Notes: a model not told the origin generated them from the sequence alone. A stretch of DNA of 64,000 bases from a virus (IMGVR_UViG_3300037424_000564:1-64000); one strand, 5' to 3'; counted from the first letter of the stretch, positions 44,980-54,499 are shown. Numbers and translations are program-made.

Positions 44980-46536
44980 TTAATCGATATAATCAAGGAA
45001 ACGTTTATATGATTCTTTCACAGGAGGTTCATCACCAGTTAATTTATCAGTATCAACTGGTTCAGTGCATTTTGACACACCTTTGACACCACATTTTGCT
45101 TTACAGTGATGACATTTTCCTCCTGCTGCTTTTCCTTCACTTTCACCAGCACAGCACATTTTATTTTCCATTTTACTAATCAAATGTTTAGCATCTTCAT
45201 CAGTAAACACATGAGTAAATGGAGGATTTATATGATCAAACTCTTCTTCTATATTAGGAATTACATTTGCTTTTGTTTCAGTGCGGGTTCCATCTGTAGA
45301 AGTTGTTACTTGTTTCCAAATATCTCCTTCACGAACTAAAGTAGTAACTACATTATGATGTGTTTCAGGATTGAATGCTTCTTCTATTTCTGCTTCTTCT
45401 TGATCTTTACCTTTACCTACATTAACTTCTAGAACTTTTATAGTTCCTTTTTTAAGAGCAGAACTAGCAGCGTCTCTTAATTTATTATATCTTTTAGCAT
45501 AATCATTTAGTGCATCAGTAACAGCACTAATACTAGGATATTTAACATCACCGTCTAACCAATGCATGAGTTTAGCAGGGAAGTTTGCTTGCATGATTAT
45601 TGTCTTAGGTGAAAAAGGTTCTTTCGGTTTCGATGGAGTAAATCTAACTCCATTACCGGGAATATCATGAGCAGATGTTATAACTCCAATATGTGCATCA
45701 TCCCCTTTAGATTCAAGAATTTTTGTTAAATCAAATGGGGTATGTGTTACTGTTCTTCCAATAACTTTATCGGAATGTTTCTTAATATTTTTAGCATCTT
45801 CTTTAGATAATTTTGATTTCAAATGTTCTTTGTCAGCATCAGATAACTCTTTATGATCATGATTACCATGTCTCAAAGCTTTAACTGCTTCATGAGAAAG
45901 TCCAAATACTTGAGCATTCATAGAAACATCAACACCCTTTAATGCAGGATGATGAATATGGTCTTTAAGAAATGAGATTTCTTTAGTAATAGCTTTTACA
46001 TGCCAACCATGTTGTTTTGCATCATCTAAGAAAGCAGTAACATTATGTCTAAAGTAGTCTTTATCTGTTACGTTATATTCTTTCATCAATTCAGCATAGA
46101 AAGGATCTGATGAATCAGGATAATCGGCTGCACTAAACATGCGAATTCCGCCATTTGCATTGATTTGTTTTTTAGTGTCTTCTAGAATTTTTTTATTTTC
46201 AGGATTCTTATTTCCCCATTCTTCCCATTTATTAATATCCCCTTTATATTCTTTGATAGGTAAATCTTTTACTGCATTACATGCAATTTCTTTTGCTCTA
46301 TCTACATAACAACCGGGACAACCACGATTGCATCTATTGGTCAAGTCAAAAGAGTAAAACATATTTTTACCATTATGAGTTAATGCAGTAGGAATGCCAG
46401 CATGTAGTTTACGCCCCCTTGAATACTTATCACCTTCTTTTGCTGATACTAATGCAGGTTCAAATATTTTAATGGCTCCTGTTTTATCTTTCTTCCAACC
46501 TTCGAAAATAAATTTAGTTAATGGTTTGATATCCAT
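44980..46536 (-). CDS. Radical-SAM-like Fe-S protein with CTS-like N-terminus
   Basis: CNRGCPGCY, GGIRMFSAADY; C-terminal CC..CHHCKAKC; N-terminal LTKFIFE. Confidence 0.6.
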   Translation of the reverse strand: MDIKPLTKFIFEGWKKDKTGAIKIFEPALVSAKEGDKYSRGRKLHAGIPTALTHNGKNMFYSFDLTNRCNRGCPGCYVDRAKEIACNAVKDLPIKEYKGDINKWEEWGNKNPENKKILEDTKKQINANGGIRMFSAADYPDSSDPFYAELMKEYNVTDKDYFRHNVTAFLDDAKQHGWHVKAITKEISFLKDHIHHPALKGVDVSMNAQVFGLSHEAVKALRHGNHDHKELSDADKEHLKSKLSKEDAKNIKKHSDKVIGRTVTHTPFDLTKILESKGDDAHIGVITSAHDIPGNGVRFTPSKPKEPFSPKTIIMQANFPAKLMHWLDGDVKYPSISAVTDALNDYAKRYNKLRDAASSALKKGTIKVLEVNVGKGKDQEEAEIEEAFNPETHHNVVTTLVREGDIWKQVTTSTDGTRTETKANVIPNIEEEFDHINPPFTHVFTDEDAKHLISKMENKMCCAGESEGKAAGGKCHHCKAKCGVKGVSKCTEPVDTDKLTGDEPPVKESYKRFLDYID

Positions 46537-46898
46537 AGTGTTACTCCTAATAATTTGATGTTTTAATTATTTAGGAAAGTTTGAATTTGATGTTTTCTTT
46601 AAAATAATCATAAACTTTATTTGCAAATTTATCAGGATTTATTAAGGAAAGATCATTACCAAATTCTGTTTTACCTTGCAATAAGAAATAATTTAAATTT
46701 GTATTCTTATTGAATTCTGTTTCTATTGTTTGTGCTTTAGACCATTCCCATAGCAAACCAAATCCATCCCATGTTGAGAAGTCAGTTAATTTATCTTCAT
46801 CAATATCTTGATTGCATTTAATACAATGAATAGTTCCATAATTATTAAATCCTTCATGAACGCAATTATTCATCAATTCAATAATAAAGTTATCTCTT

Positions 46899-47393
46899 TC
46901 AGAATTTATTTGCATAATAAAATACTCTTCTACGATAATGGTTAGGATCAAATTTCAATCCATGTTTATTAACATTTCCCGGTCCTACGTTATACGCCAA
47001 TACAGCTTTTTTAATATCACCATGATAATATCCAATTAGATATTTAATATAACGTGAACCTACCATAATATTAAAATCATCATCATATCGCAATGCCTGC
47101 GCTAATTGTTTGTCAGTACCATAAAAGTTAAAGAGTTTCTTTTTAATCATAAATTTTGCAGTAGCCAATTGAACTTGCATAACACCAAAGGATCTACCAT
47201 CATCCCCAATTCGCCCAAGTTTACCTGCAAGAGTTTCTTGCATCAAAACACCTTTTACTGTTTTGGGATACCCAAACATAGCTCCATACTTACCAGCAAT
47301 AGATAACAGATAATTTTGTTGATCTGTAAATGCAAAACAAATACTCGGAATGAAACTAAGGATACAAAAAATTATAACAATTTTCTTTTTCAT
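46899..47393 (-). CDS. Lytic transglycosylase (SLT-like) with signal peptide
   Basis: QET catalytic Glu, FGVMQV, AVLAYNVG; hydrophobic N-terminus MKKKIVIIF. Confidence 0.88.
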   Translation of the reverse strand: MKKKIVIIFCILSFIPSICFAFTDQQNYLLSIAGKYGAMFGYPKTVKGVLMQETLAGKLGRIGDDGRSFGVMQVQLATAKFMIKKKLFNFYGTDKQLAQALRYDDDFNIMVGSRYIKYLIGYYHGDIKKAVLAYNVGPGNVNKHGLKFDPNHYRRRVFYYANKF

Positions 47394-47521
47394 CGTTTTT
47401 CCTTTCAGTTGTATTTGACAAACTATATTTGATATCAATTTGTTTGTCAATATAAAAAGTCCCAAAGACTTATAATAGTTACTTTGGGACTTTTTATTAA
47501 ATAAAATTTAGAGTAACAGTA

Positions 47522-49627
47522 TTATACCCAATCAGTCATAATACGATCCAAATCAAAAGGACTTAGATCCCCATCTTCTGCAATAACATAATCTGCATCA
47601 GATCTACGATAAACGATATCTGCACCTTGAGCAATAATATTTGAAACAAAAATATCATATAGAGAAGCAGATGTGTTTGCCATTTGTGTTGCTTTAGCAG
47701 CAGTAGCAACAGTAATTGGAAGAGTATTCTCTACACGAAATCCACTACCATCAATAGTAGTAGCTAGATCACACCAAATAATTTGATTATTTCTAATATC
47801 AACAATCAAAGGACTGGTTGAAGTAGCGTCAGCAGTTAAATCACAACGACCTTTGACAGATTTTGGTTCAAAGATTTCTCCTGAATTTACAGAAGAACGT
47901 TCCATCCATCCCATAAAACCAACTTCTAATTGATTCATTTTTTGACCAGTATAGCTATTAACATTACATACAACGTAAGCAACATTTGGATCAAGAGAGT
48001 TAAGATTTACATCAATAAATTCACTTGCACCAGTAGGAGCATCAACAATATCTCCAGAATGGTAGTAAGCATTATTACTACCACGTAGGTGTGTCCAAGA
48101 ACAATTACCTAAGTAATTCCAATCTGCGTCAAATGTAACAGCAGAAAGATCTAAATCAACTCTATTAGAGCCAATATTCTGCCAGTACATGAACAATCTA
48201 ACAGTAGGTGCAGTCAAATCAAAACGTGAACCTCGTCCAACTTGACGTAGTGCTGATGATGCACTACGATTACTAGAAGGAATTAACAGATTTTGACAGA
48301 TATCATCAATAAATACGTTTTTTCCCTTGATTTCAGTTTTGTCTTTATATTTTTCAATGATGGCATCAATAATAACTCTGACGATTCGATGCGTAATATC
48401 GTCTGTAAGTGGTTTTAAATTATTTTCAATGGTAATCACAGCATGAGATTTTTTAGGTAAAAAGATCCTATTTTTATAAGAACAAAGTTCATTACGACCA
48501 CGGAAATATCCATATAGTTGCCAAAGGACAGTTGTTGAAACTGAATTTGCAACTTTAGCAAATTCATTAATAACCTTATTAGGATTTGTTGCTTTATTAA
48601 TTAAAGCATTCAAACGTCTAGCGAAGTCACCGGGACGAGTTGCACATTTAGACAGAACTTCATCAATTAATCCAAGTTCAATGAAATATTCAATAATAGA
48701 ATTATAAGTCTTACAACCTTCATTACGAAGAGCATGAAAACAATCTACTGTTTGTGGGAATTGGGTTGAATATTCTCTTGGATGAAGCTTTTCAGCAACA
48801 CGAATCCATTTGTTGCGATGACGCATCAAATCTTCCCCAACATTGCTTGGATTCATTGATTCAAGTTTAGATAGAATCAATCTACGAAGTGAACGAGGGA
48901 TATTTTTATATTTGGTGTTTTTACCGAGAGATACATCACCACCAGACAGACTTGTAATGAAACGAAGAACATCAGTTGCAGTGGTTACTTGAGTATCCCA
49001 AACATTCATAATCATTTTGCGTTGATTTGATGTCGCTGTTTTACCATCACCAATAATACCAAATAGAGTTGCCATTCTTTCTTTATTGGTGAAGATTGCG
49101 TTACAAGAGAATCCAAATTCTACAAAGGTTTCAATATCAGAAACATCCTGAACTGAAGGAGAAGCTTTGGATTCGAGAATAGTTTTAAAACAATCAACAA
49201 TATCCTCCATAACACCTAAACCAATCCATTTTGCTTCGGTGATATCAGTGAAAGGAAAACGATATGATGTGTTATAATTTGGAATAAAGGAAGGATTGAG
49301 ATAATGACAAATAGCATTAATATAAAGTTCTTCCTCAGAAGCGGTAGCTACTTGTACAGGAAAATTACGATACATAGGACGATGATATACTATCCCATTT
49401 TGCTCTTTGATAATAGAAACAACAAAGTCATACAATGACTTTAACGTAGAAGAACTGGCAAGTTTCATTTCACCAATAAATTTTTCATCAAACACATAAC
49501 CTAGATCAGCAACATTCGCTATAATTGCACCAACCATACCGATAGGTGCTACATTTTCAGTAGACTCCGCACTGAAAACAATTTTAGATTTACGGCGAAA
49601 AATGATTGCATCGATTGAGTTAGTCAT
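47522..49627 (-). CDS. 701-aa protein with helical N-terminal region (possibly TROVE/Ro-like) and C-terminal TerD domain
   Basis: RVDLDLSAV, HSGDIVDAPTGASEFIDV TerD motifs. The TROVE assignment is inference. Confidence 0.7.
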   Translation of the reverse strand: MTNSIDAIIFRRKSKIVFSAESTENVAPIGMVGAIIANVADLGYVFDEKFIGEMKLASSSTLKSLYDFVVSIIKEQNGIVYHRPMYRNFPVQVATASEEELYINAICHYLNPSFIPNYNTSYRFPFTDITEAKWIGLGVMEDIVDCFKTILESKASPSVQDVSDIETFVEFGFSCNAIFTNKERMATLFGIIGDGKTATSNQRKMIMNVWDTQVTTATDVLRFITSLSGGDVSLGKNTKYKNIPRSLRRLILSKLESMNPSNVGEDLMRHRNKWIRVAEKLHPREYSTQFPQTVDCFHALRNEGCKTYNSIIEYFIELGLIDEVLSKCATRPGDFARRLNALINKATNPNKVINEFAKVANSVSTTVLWQLYGYFRGRNELCSYKNRIFLPKKSHAVITIENNLKPLTDDITHRIVRVIIDAIIEKYKDKTEIKGKNVFIDDICQNLLIPSSNRSASSALRQVGRGSRFDLTAPTVRLFMYWQNIGSNRVDLDLSAVTFDADWNYLGNCSWTHLRGSNNAYYHSGDIVDAPTGASEFIDVNLNSLDPNVAYVVCNVNSYTGQKMNQLEVGFMGWMERSSVNSGEIFEPKSVKGRCDLTADATSTSPLIVDIRNNQIIWCDLATTIDGSGFRVENTLPITVATAAKATQMANTSASLYDIFVSNIIAQGADIVYRRSDADYVIAEDGDLSPFDLDRIMTDWV

Positions 49628-49656
49628 TAGTTTATTCCTTAATTAGTTAGTTAGTA

Positions 49657-49755
49657 TGTGGTGATTGTCAGGCGAACCGTACAGGGTGAAACTCCAATGA
49701 TAGAATATAGAAGGATGCCCTTGGTAAAACCCCTGTAACAGTTAACATAGCCACA
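49657..49755 (-). ncRNA. GCATCCTTCTA-motif structured RNA, copy A
   Basis: Outer stem TGTGG/CCACA; begins about 5 nt downstream of the -10 box of a promoter at 49761..49789. Confidence 0.7.
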
Positions 49756-49785
49756 TTCTTAATATAGAACAGTTTTGAAAATTTG

Positions 49786-50277
49786 TCAAATCCAAATATC
49801 TTTAAGATCGATTCCTAGAGTTCTCATTTTGAAAAACATGTATTCAGAGAAGTTAGGGTGAGTTGCTGGTTTGATCAAAGTCATATTTGTCTGATGAAGC
49901 AATTTATCATCCTTCCAATTATTGCAGGTTTTACAAGCAGTTACACAGTTAAGGTAAGAACTTTTGCCACCTTTTGAAACAGGAAGAACGTGGTCAATGG
50001 TGCAAGTTTTTGGAGTTAGAACTTTACCACAGTATTGACAAGTATGGTTATCTCTAACCAAAACAGTTTTCTTTGAGAATGGAATTTTTTTATTCAAAGA
50101 TTGTTTGACTGCTTTAAGTAAGCGAATAACCTTTGGTAGATACATACCACCATGAATCAATCTATCAGTATTTTTAACAACTTCTACTCGATTTTTCACG
50201 ACTAGTTTAATTGCTTTTTTGATAGATACAACATTCAAAAATTGGTAATCATGAGTTAGAAGAAGTACGGTTGCCAT
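49786..50277 (-). CDS. HNH endonuclease (McrA-like)
   Basis: RDNHTCQYCG, TIDHVLPVSKGG, VTACKTCNNWK. Confidence 0.92.
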   Translation of the reverse strand: MATVLLLTHDYQFLNVVSIKKAIKLVVKNRVEVVKNTDRLIHGGMYLPKVIRLLKAVKQSLNKKIPFSKKTVLVRDNHTCQYCGKVLTPKTCTIDHVLPVSKGGKSSYLNCVTACKTCNNWKDDKLLHQTNMTLIKPATHPNFSEYMFFKMRTLGIDLKDIWI

Positions 50278-50298
50278 GATAGATTTTCCTTAATTAGT

Positions 50299-50366
50299 TT
50301 GCGGTGATTAATAGGCTGATTTAGTTTAATAATATTAAGTAGAAGGATGCCTTAATATAGCCGCAA
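50299..50366 (-). ncRNA. GCATCCTTCTA-motif structured RNA, copy B
   Basis: Outer stem TTGCGG/CCGCAA; inner 8-bp hairpin presenting an 11-nt conserved loop. Confidence 0.7.
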
Positions 50367-50374
50367 TGTCTTCT

Positions 50375-50683
50375 CTATTTAACAATACTCAATGGATTTG
50401 GTTTTACTGTTCCTTTAATGACAATACCTGTAGTTGATTCGATATATGCATTTTCTAATTCTTTAGGGCAAGGCATTTTACGAATGATATGTTTAATATC
50501 AATATCGCAACCAACAGTTTCAAATGGATACATATACGGAACTAATTCAATTCCAACTCGACCTTCATGTGAAGGAGCAAAATTAACCATAAAAACATTT
50601 TCGAGGTATTCAGGATTCGTATCATATGTACGACCAATAACAATTTCTCCTGTACAAAGTTTTACAACTACAATTTCATTCAT
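50375..50683 (-). CDS. T4-like hypothetical protein (Sm-like fold candidate)
   Basis: VVKLCTGEIVIG N-terminus; C-terminal LENAYIESTTGI. Confidence 0.65.
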   Translation of the reverse strand: MNEIVVVKLCTGEIVIGRTYDTNPEYLENVFMVNFAPSHEGRVGIELVPYMYPFETVGCDIDIKHIIRKMPCPKELENAYIESTTGIVIKGTVKPNPLSIVK

Positions 50684-50703
50684 TATATTTTCCTTTGTTT
50701 GTG

Positions 50704-51258
50704 TTAATAACTTTTACTTTCTTCGTATCGTTGTCTTCTATAAAATCTACCATTACCTATATTTTTTGATCTATGGTTATCAGTTTGAGTATGACAATTA
50801 GGACACAAAATTTCTAAGTTATCTGGTTTGTTATTAGAAGAATTCCCATCTTTATGATGTATTTCGAGTGTTAAGGCAATACCATTCCATTCTGAAATAT
50901 TACACTTACAACAAGATGAATATATTTCTTTGATATATTTTCTTACCGTAGCAGGATCTAATACTTCCCCTAAGCGAAATTTATTTCTATAATATTCTTT
51001 ATTTTTTACTACCTTATTTTCTTTAATTTTTGAAATAGTCCTACAAACACCTAAGTTATTAAAAGAAGCAGCACATGAATGATTGCAATATGTTAATTTC
51101 TTTTTTTCATATGATAATGGAGTCAGGCAAAACTTGCACAATTTTGGATCTTTATTATAATCTTCGATTCGTTTTGACTTTTTTGTTGCTTGTGTTTCTC
51201 TTCCTCGTTTAGCCGCTTCTTCAATTTTATTTTTGTTTTCTTCTGATATGCTTCTCAT
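50704..51258 (-). mobile_element. HNH homing endonuclease
   Basis: LEIHHKDGNSSNNKPDNLEILCPNCH; TATAAATA at 51288..51295. Confidence 0.88.
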
Positions 51259-51322
51259 AAAAATCTCCTATAAATGTTTCTTATAGTTATTTATAAAAAG
51301 CCCATCAGTTTATTCGGACTTG

Positions 51323-51407
51323 AGCCGGAAGAGGGATTCGAACCCCCGATGTAGTTTCCATACCTGATTACAAGTCAGGTGCAATCGACCAACTATGCGA
51401 TTCCGGC
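51323..51407 (-). tRNA. tRNA-Thr(UGU) with 15-nt variable region
   Basis: GCCGGAA/TTCCGGC acceptor, CCTGA-CTTGTAA-TCAGG anticodon arm, TTCGAAT T-loop, U73. Confidence 0.85.
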
Positions 51408-51975
51408 ATTTTAAGGATTTGAACAAATATGTTGTTCTCTCATTGATTCTGTATCTAATATATTAGACCTCGTAGAATTCCTTTTACAACAGCAACGAGT
51501 TTTATTTAAATAATTTATCCCATTCATCTACTATTTTTTGCATTTTTTCTTCCTGATAATCCCAAAAACCAATAAATTCAGCTTCTTCAAATAATCGATT
51601 ACCTTCTGTCATAAATGGTTCTTCTGCATATAAAATCTTACATGGATCGACACTACATCCTTTATTAAGGACAAGGATATCACCCTCACTAAAAAAATCT
51701 TTCCAACAATTAATAGCGCACTCAATTACTTGTGATTCTGAATCAAATCGTTCAGTTTCATCACCCTCACGATAAAAACCACGCTCTTTAAACTTGTTTA
51801 ATTTTGCAGCACTTTCTTTATCTAGAACACGATTTAATGTAATCTTTTCAAGATCATTGTTAGAAAATAGTTGCAAATATCCATAATAATGAATAGCACC
51901 GGGACAAATACCAGCATAGCTTGAAGTTTCTAAACTAACTATTTTTGATGACATTTCGATAGTCCTTTAACTTAG

Positions 51976-52052
51976 CGGGGATAGTAGGAGTTGAACCTAC
52001 ATGTGTCCAATTACACTTTCAAGTGGGTAGAAGCCACAGGTGATATATCCCC
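51976..52052 (-). tRNA. Rearranged (D-arm-less, D-loop-displaced) tRNA-Arg(UCU)-like RNA
   Basis: GGGGATA/TATCCCC; GTGG-CTTCTAC-CCAC; T-arm GTAGG-TTCAACT-CCTAC; G73; 77 nt. Confidence 0.75.
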
Positions 52053-52067
52053 AAATTATTAATTTTT

Positions 52068-52152
52068 TGGTAGGGAAGGAGGGGATCGAACCCTCACCCA
52101 ATTAAGGACAGGATTTTGAGTCCTGCGCGTCTGCCAGTTCCGCCACTTCCCC
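52068..52152 (-). tRNA. tRNA-Leu(CAA)
   Basis: Type II cloverleaf with encoded CCA. Confidence 0.95.
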
Positions 52153-52199
52153 ATGAAAACTGGTCTTTTTAAGGTATGACCAAACCTATCAAGGCTGTG

Positions 52200-52343
52200 T
52201 TAGCCTTGACCAACACTTAGTTTCTTGCCACGTTTTTTATCTCTTTTCTTACGAATTTTAGTATTGGTTGATTTACCAATAGAAGTAACTTTAGTTGATT
52301 TCCGTTTGACTTGCTTAGTCGCATCTGATGCTTTAACTGCCAT
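52200..52343 (-). CDS. 47-aa basic protein ending in GQG (not in the ORF track)
   Basis: MAVKASDATKQVKRKSTKVTSIGKSTNTKIRKKRDKKRGKKLSVGQG; AAGGAG RBS. Confidence 0.6.
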   Translation of the reverse strand: MAVKASDATKQVKRKSTKVTSIGKSTNTKIRKKRDKKRGKKLSVGQG

Positions 52344-52383
52344 TGTATAACTCCTTTGGTTGTTTGTCAATTTAATTAAAAAT

Positions 52384-52477
52384 TGGTACTCCGTGAGGGA
52401 CTTGAACCCCCATCATGCGATAATCTGTCGCCAAGCCTGTGTATAAAACAGGTGCTTTGCCATTAAGCTAACGGAGC
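52384..52477 (-). tRNA. tRNA-Ile(UAU) with 24-nt variable arm
   Basis: CCTGT-TTTATAC-ACAGG; variable-arm stem GCGA/TCGC; CCA. Confidence 0.85.
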
Positions 52478-52485
52478 ATGATCTT

Positions 52486-52570
52486 TGGTAGGGAAGGAGG
52501 GACTCGAACCCTCAAGCAATTAAGCGACGGATTTTAAGTCCGTTGTGAATACCAATTCCACCACAACCCC
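52486..52570 (-). tRNA. tRNA-Leu(UAA)
   Basis: Type II; acceptor stem has two U.U mismatches; CCA. Confidence 0.88.
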
Positions 52571-52576
52571 ATGTTA

Positions 52577-52903
52577 TTACCTTGAATGTGGTGGATGCAG
52601 ACCAGTAGCAGATCGTGCCAGATCAACTAGATCTTTTGCTTCCTTAAGTCTAAAAGAAAAATTTGAACTAAGTTCTTTGATACAAGGAATCGGCGCATTC
52701 CCTTCTTTCAGAAGACGAACAGCAAGAACATAAGCTTCTTGATCTTCGCTTTTAACACCATCAGGAAGACGATATTCGGATACTTGTGAATCAGCGAAAT
52801 ATGCACAGAAACATGCCGGATCTTCTTTAGCGAGACGAATAGCAATTTTCTTGTAATCAACTGCAACATCACCAGTAAGGATATCGATAGCTTTTTTGTA
52901 CAT
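52577..52903 (-). CDS. Protein with ribosomal L7/L12 C-terminal-like motif
   Basis: IPCIKELSSNFSFRLKEAKDLVD. Confidence 0.65.
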   Translation of the reverse strand: MYKKAIDILTGDVAVDYKKIAIRLAKEDPACFCAYFADSQVSEYRLPDGVKSEDQEAYVLAVRLLKEGNAPIPCIKELSSNFSFRLKEAKDLVDLARSATGLHPPHSR

Positions 52904-52970
52904 TATGAACCTCCGTTAGTTAGTTATAAGACATTGTAAACTAAGTTTACTTTTTTGTCAATTTAATTTG

Positions 52971-53043
52971 TGCGGAATGTAGGGATCGAACCTACTTATC
53001 AAGATCTTCAATCTCGCGCATTGACCACAATTGCTTATTCCGC
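52971..53043 (-). tRNA. tRNA-Phe(GAA)
   Basis: CGAGA-TTGAAGA-TCTTG; cloverleaf. Confidence 0.9.
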
Positions 53044-53231
53044 AGATATTAACCTTCTACCATATAGATGAAATGTTTGATTGAGTTACAACGTTCACAC
53101 ATACCACGTTTAGCATAACCAATATTCATCATTGTTTCTAATTCTTTATGACATTCTAAACACAACCAAGTACCAGTATGAATTGTCGGATTCTTTACAG
53201 TATCTAGCATTTTTAGTTCCTTAGTTAAATT

Positions 53232-53315
53232 TGGCAGACGCAGGGGGAGTCGAACCCACAACACAAGTTTTGGAGACTTGCCTAACTCGCCCGGTTAGAT
53301 GAAGTTCCTGCATCT
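53232..53315 (-). tRNA. tRNA-Trp(CCA) with 10-nt acceptor-to-D-stem linker
   Basis: AGATGCA/TGCGTCT, CAAGT-CTCCAAA-ACTTG, G73, CCA. Confidence 0.8.
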
Positions 53316-53320
53316 ATTTT

Positions 53321-53391
53321 TGGTAGTTTACCTTGGAATTGAACCAAGCTATATTTCGATATGAGCGAAACATGATCCCAGATCGTAAACC
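53321..53391 (-). tRNA. tRNA(CAU) (Met or Ile2) with minimal D-arm
   Basis: TTTCG-CTCATAT-CGAAA; D region only GATC-TGG-GATC; CCA. Confidence 0.75.
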
Positions 53392-53401
53392 GTGATACTT
53401 C

Positions 53402-53573
53402 GGGCCAGTAGAAGGATTCGAACCTCCAAAGATCATTAGAATACAACCGCCAGATACGTCTATCTACTTTATGCATTCCCGATCCAACTGTAGCCTTTCA
53501 TATACTTTCAGTCATGACTCCTGCCATATATGAACACTTTCTGTCTGCGTCTTCCAATTCCGCCATACTCGCC
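53402..53573 (-). ncRNA. 172-nt tRNA-like RNA with anticodon arm replaced by a roughly 115-nt structured domain
   Basis: GGCGAGTA/TACTGGCC ends, Leu-type D-arm GCG-GAATTGGAAGA-CGC, T-arm GGAGG-TTCGAAT-CCTTC. Confidence 0.75.
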
Positions 53574-53583
53574 ATGTTTGTAT

Positions 53584-53829
53584 TTAAATAATTCTACTAT
53601 ACTTTTTTATTCTTGTCAATATTTCTTTGCAACAAATTTGATTATCGTCAAAAGATGATTCTATCCTAATTAAGATTCTTTCGTATGTCCAACCAACTGA
53701 AATTCCGGTCAAATAAAATTCATACCAATCAATAACCATATCATTATTATAAATTGAATTCACTATTAAGTCAAGTGGTATTCCTAACGAATCCGACATT
53801 TTAAAAGCATCAAACCCAGAAATAACCAT
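53584..53829 (-). CDS. Small protein resembling an alanyl-tRNA synthetase internal segment
   Basis: ISGFDAFKMSDSLGIPLDL resembles the AlaRS motif SGxDAFKLYDTYGFPLDL. Confidence 0.55.
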   Translation of the reverse strand: MVISGFDAFKMSDSLGIPLDLIVNSIYNNDMVIDWYEFYLTGISVGWTYERILIRIESSFDDNQICCKEILTRIKKYSRII

Positions 53830-53928
53830 TTTATCTTCAGTAGTTATTCCTACAGATCTTAAACCGTAACATTTTTTCCATTTGCGTTTAGCTGTTTCAT
53901 TTGTACCTCGCCTATTCTATTAAATATT

Positions 53929-54002
53929 TGGAGCTAACATTCGGAATCAAACCGAAATCCAGACTGTACCAGAGTCTTATTCTATCATTGAACTATGCCA
54001 GC
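53929..54002 (-). tRNA. tRNA-Thr(GGU)
   Basis: AGACT-CTGGTAC-AGTCT; U73; CCA. Confidence 0.9.
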
Positions 54003-54006
54003 ATTG

Positions 54007-54092
54007 CGGAGAGTGAGGGATTTGAACCCCCAGATGTTTTACCACCGGACTGTTTAGCAAACAGCGTCCCTACCAGATTAGGCCAACTCTCC
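54007..54092 (-). tRNA. tRNA-Ser(GCU)
   Basis: Type II; G73. Confidence 0.93.
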
Positions 54093-54339
54093 AAATGTTC
54101 TAATTCCTACTTGATTCCCTATATCCCAAGCATAATACATTTCATAATCGTTAAAGAAATTATAAGGATTTTCGACTAAACTTTTCAATCCTGCTTGGTA
54201 TCCATCATTATATTCTTGTGTTAGATCTAGTCTAACTGCTTTCCCTTTTGGAACACCGGGATATTTCCTACTCATTATTTTAATTCCTTTAGTATAAATA
54301 GGCTCGATTTGCTGATAGATTATCTTCACACCTATTTTG

Positions 54340-54480
54340 CCAAGGGAGTTGGATTCGAACCAACATTCTTCTTATTACTTGATATTACCCTCTCTTATCT
54401 AAAATCAGTGATATCAACTCTGATTTGTCCATTGAGCAATAATACCTTTCATAAGGTGCTTTCCAGTCAGCTATCCCCCG
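54340..54480 (-). ncRNA. 141-nt tRNA-like RNA without an anticodon loop and with a large insert
   Basis: CGGGGGA/TCCCTTG, D-arm GCT-GACTGGAA-AGC, tetraloop hairpin, long stem domain, T-arm GTTGG-TTCGAAT-CCAAC. Confidence 0.75.
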
Positions 54481-54499
54481 AAAGTTAATCTATTATATT

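Noticed and set aside
52155-52190. preQ1-like riboswitch (AGGT/ACCT stem, TGGTC/GACCA pseudoknot, A-rich linker)
   Set aside because: It lacks the preQ1-I loop consensus and lies 3' of an ORF, before a tRNA. An H-type pseudoknot is possible but has no further support.
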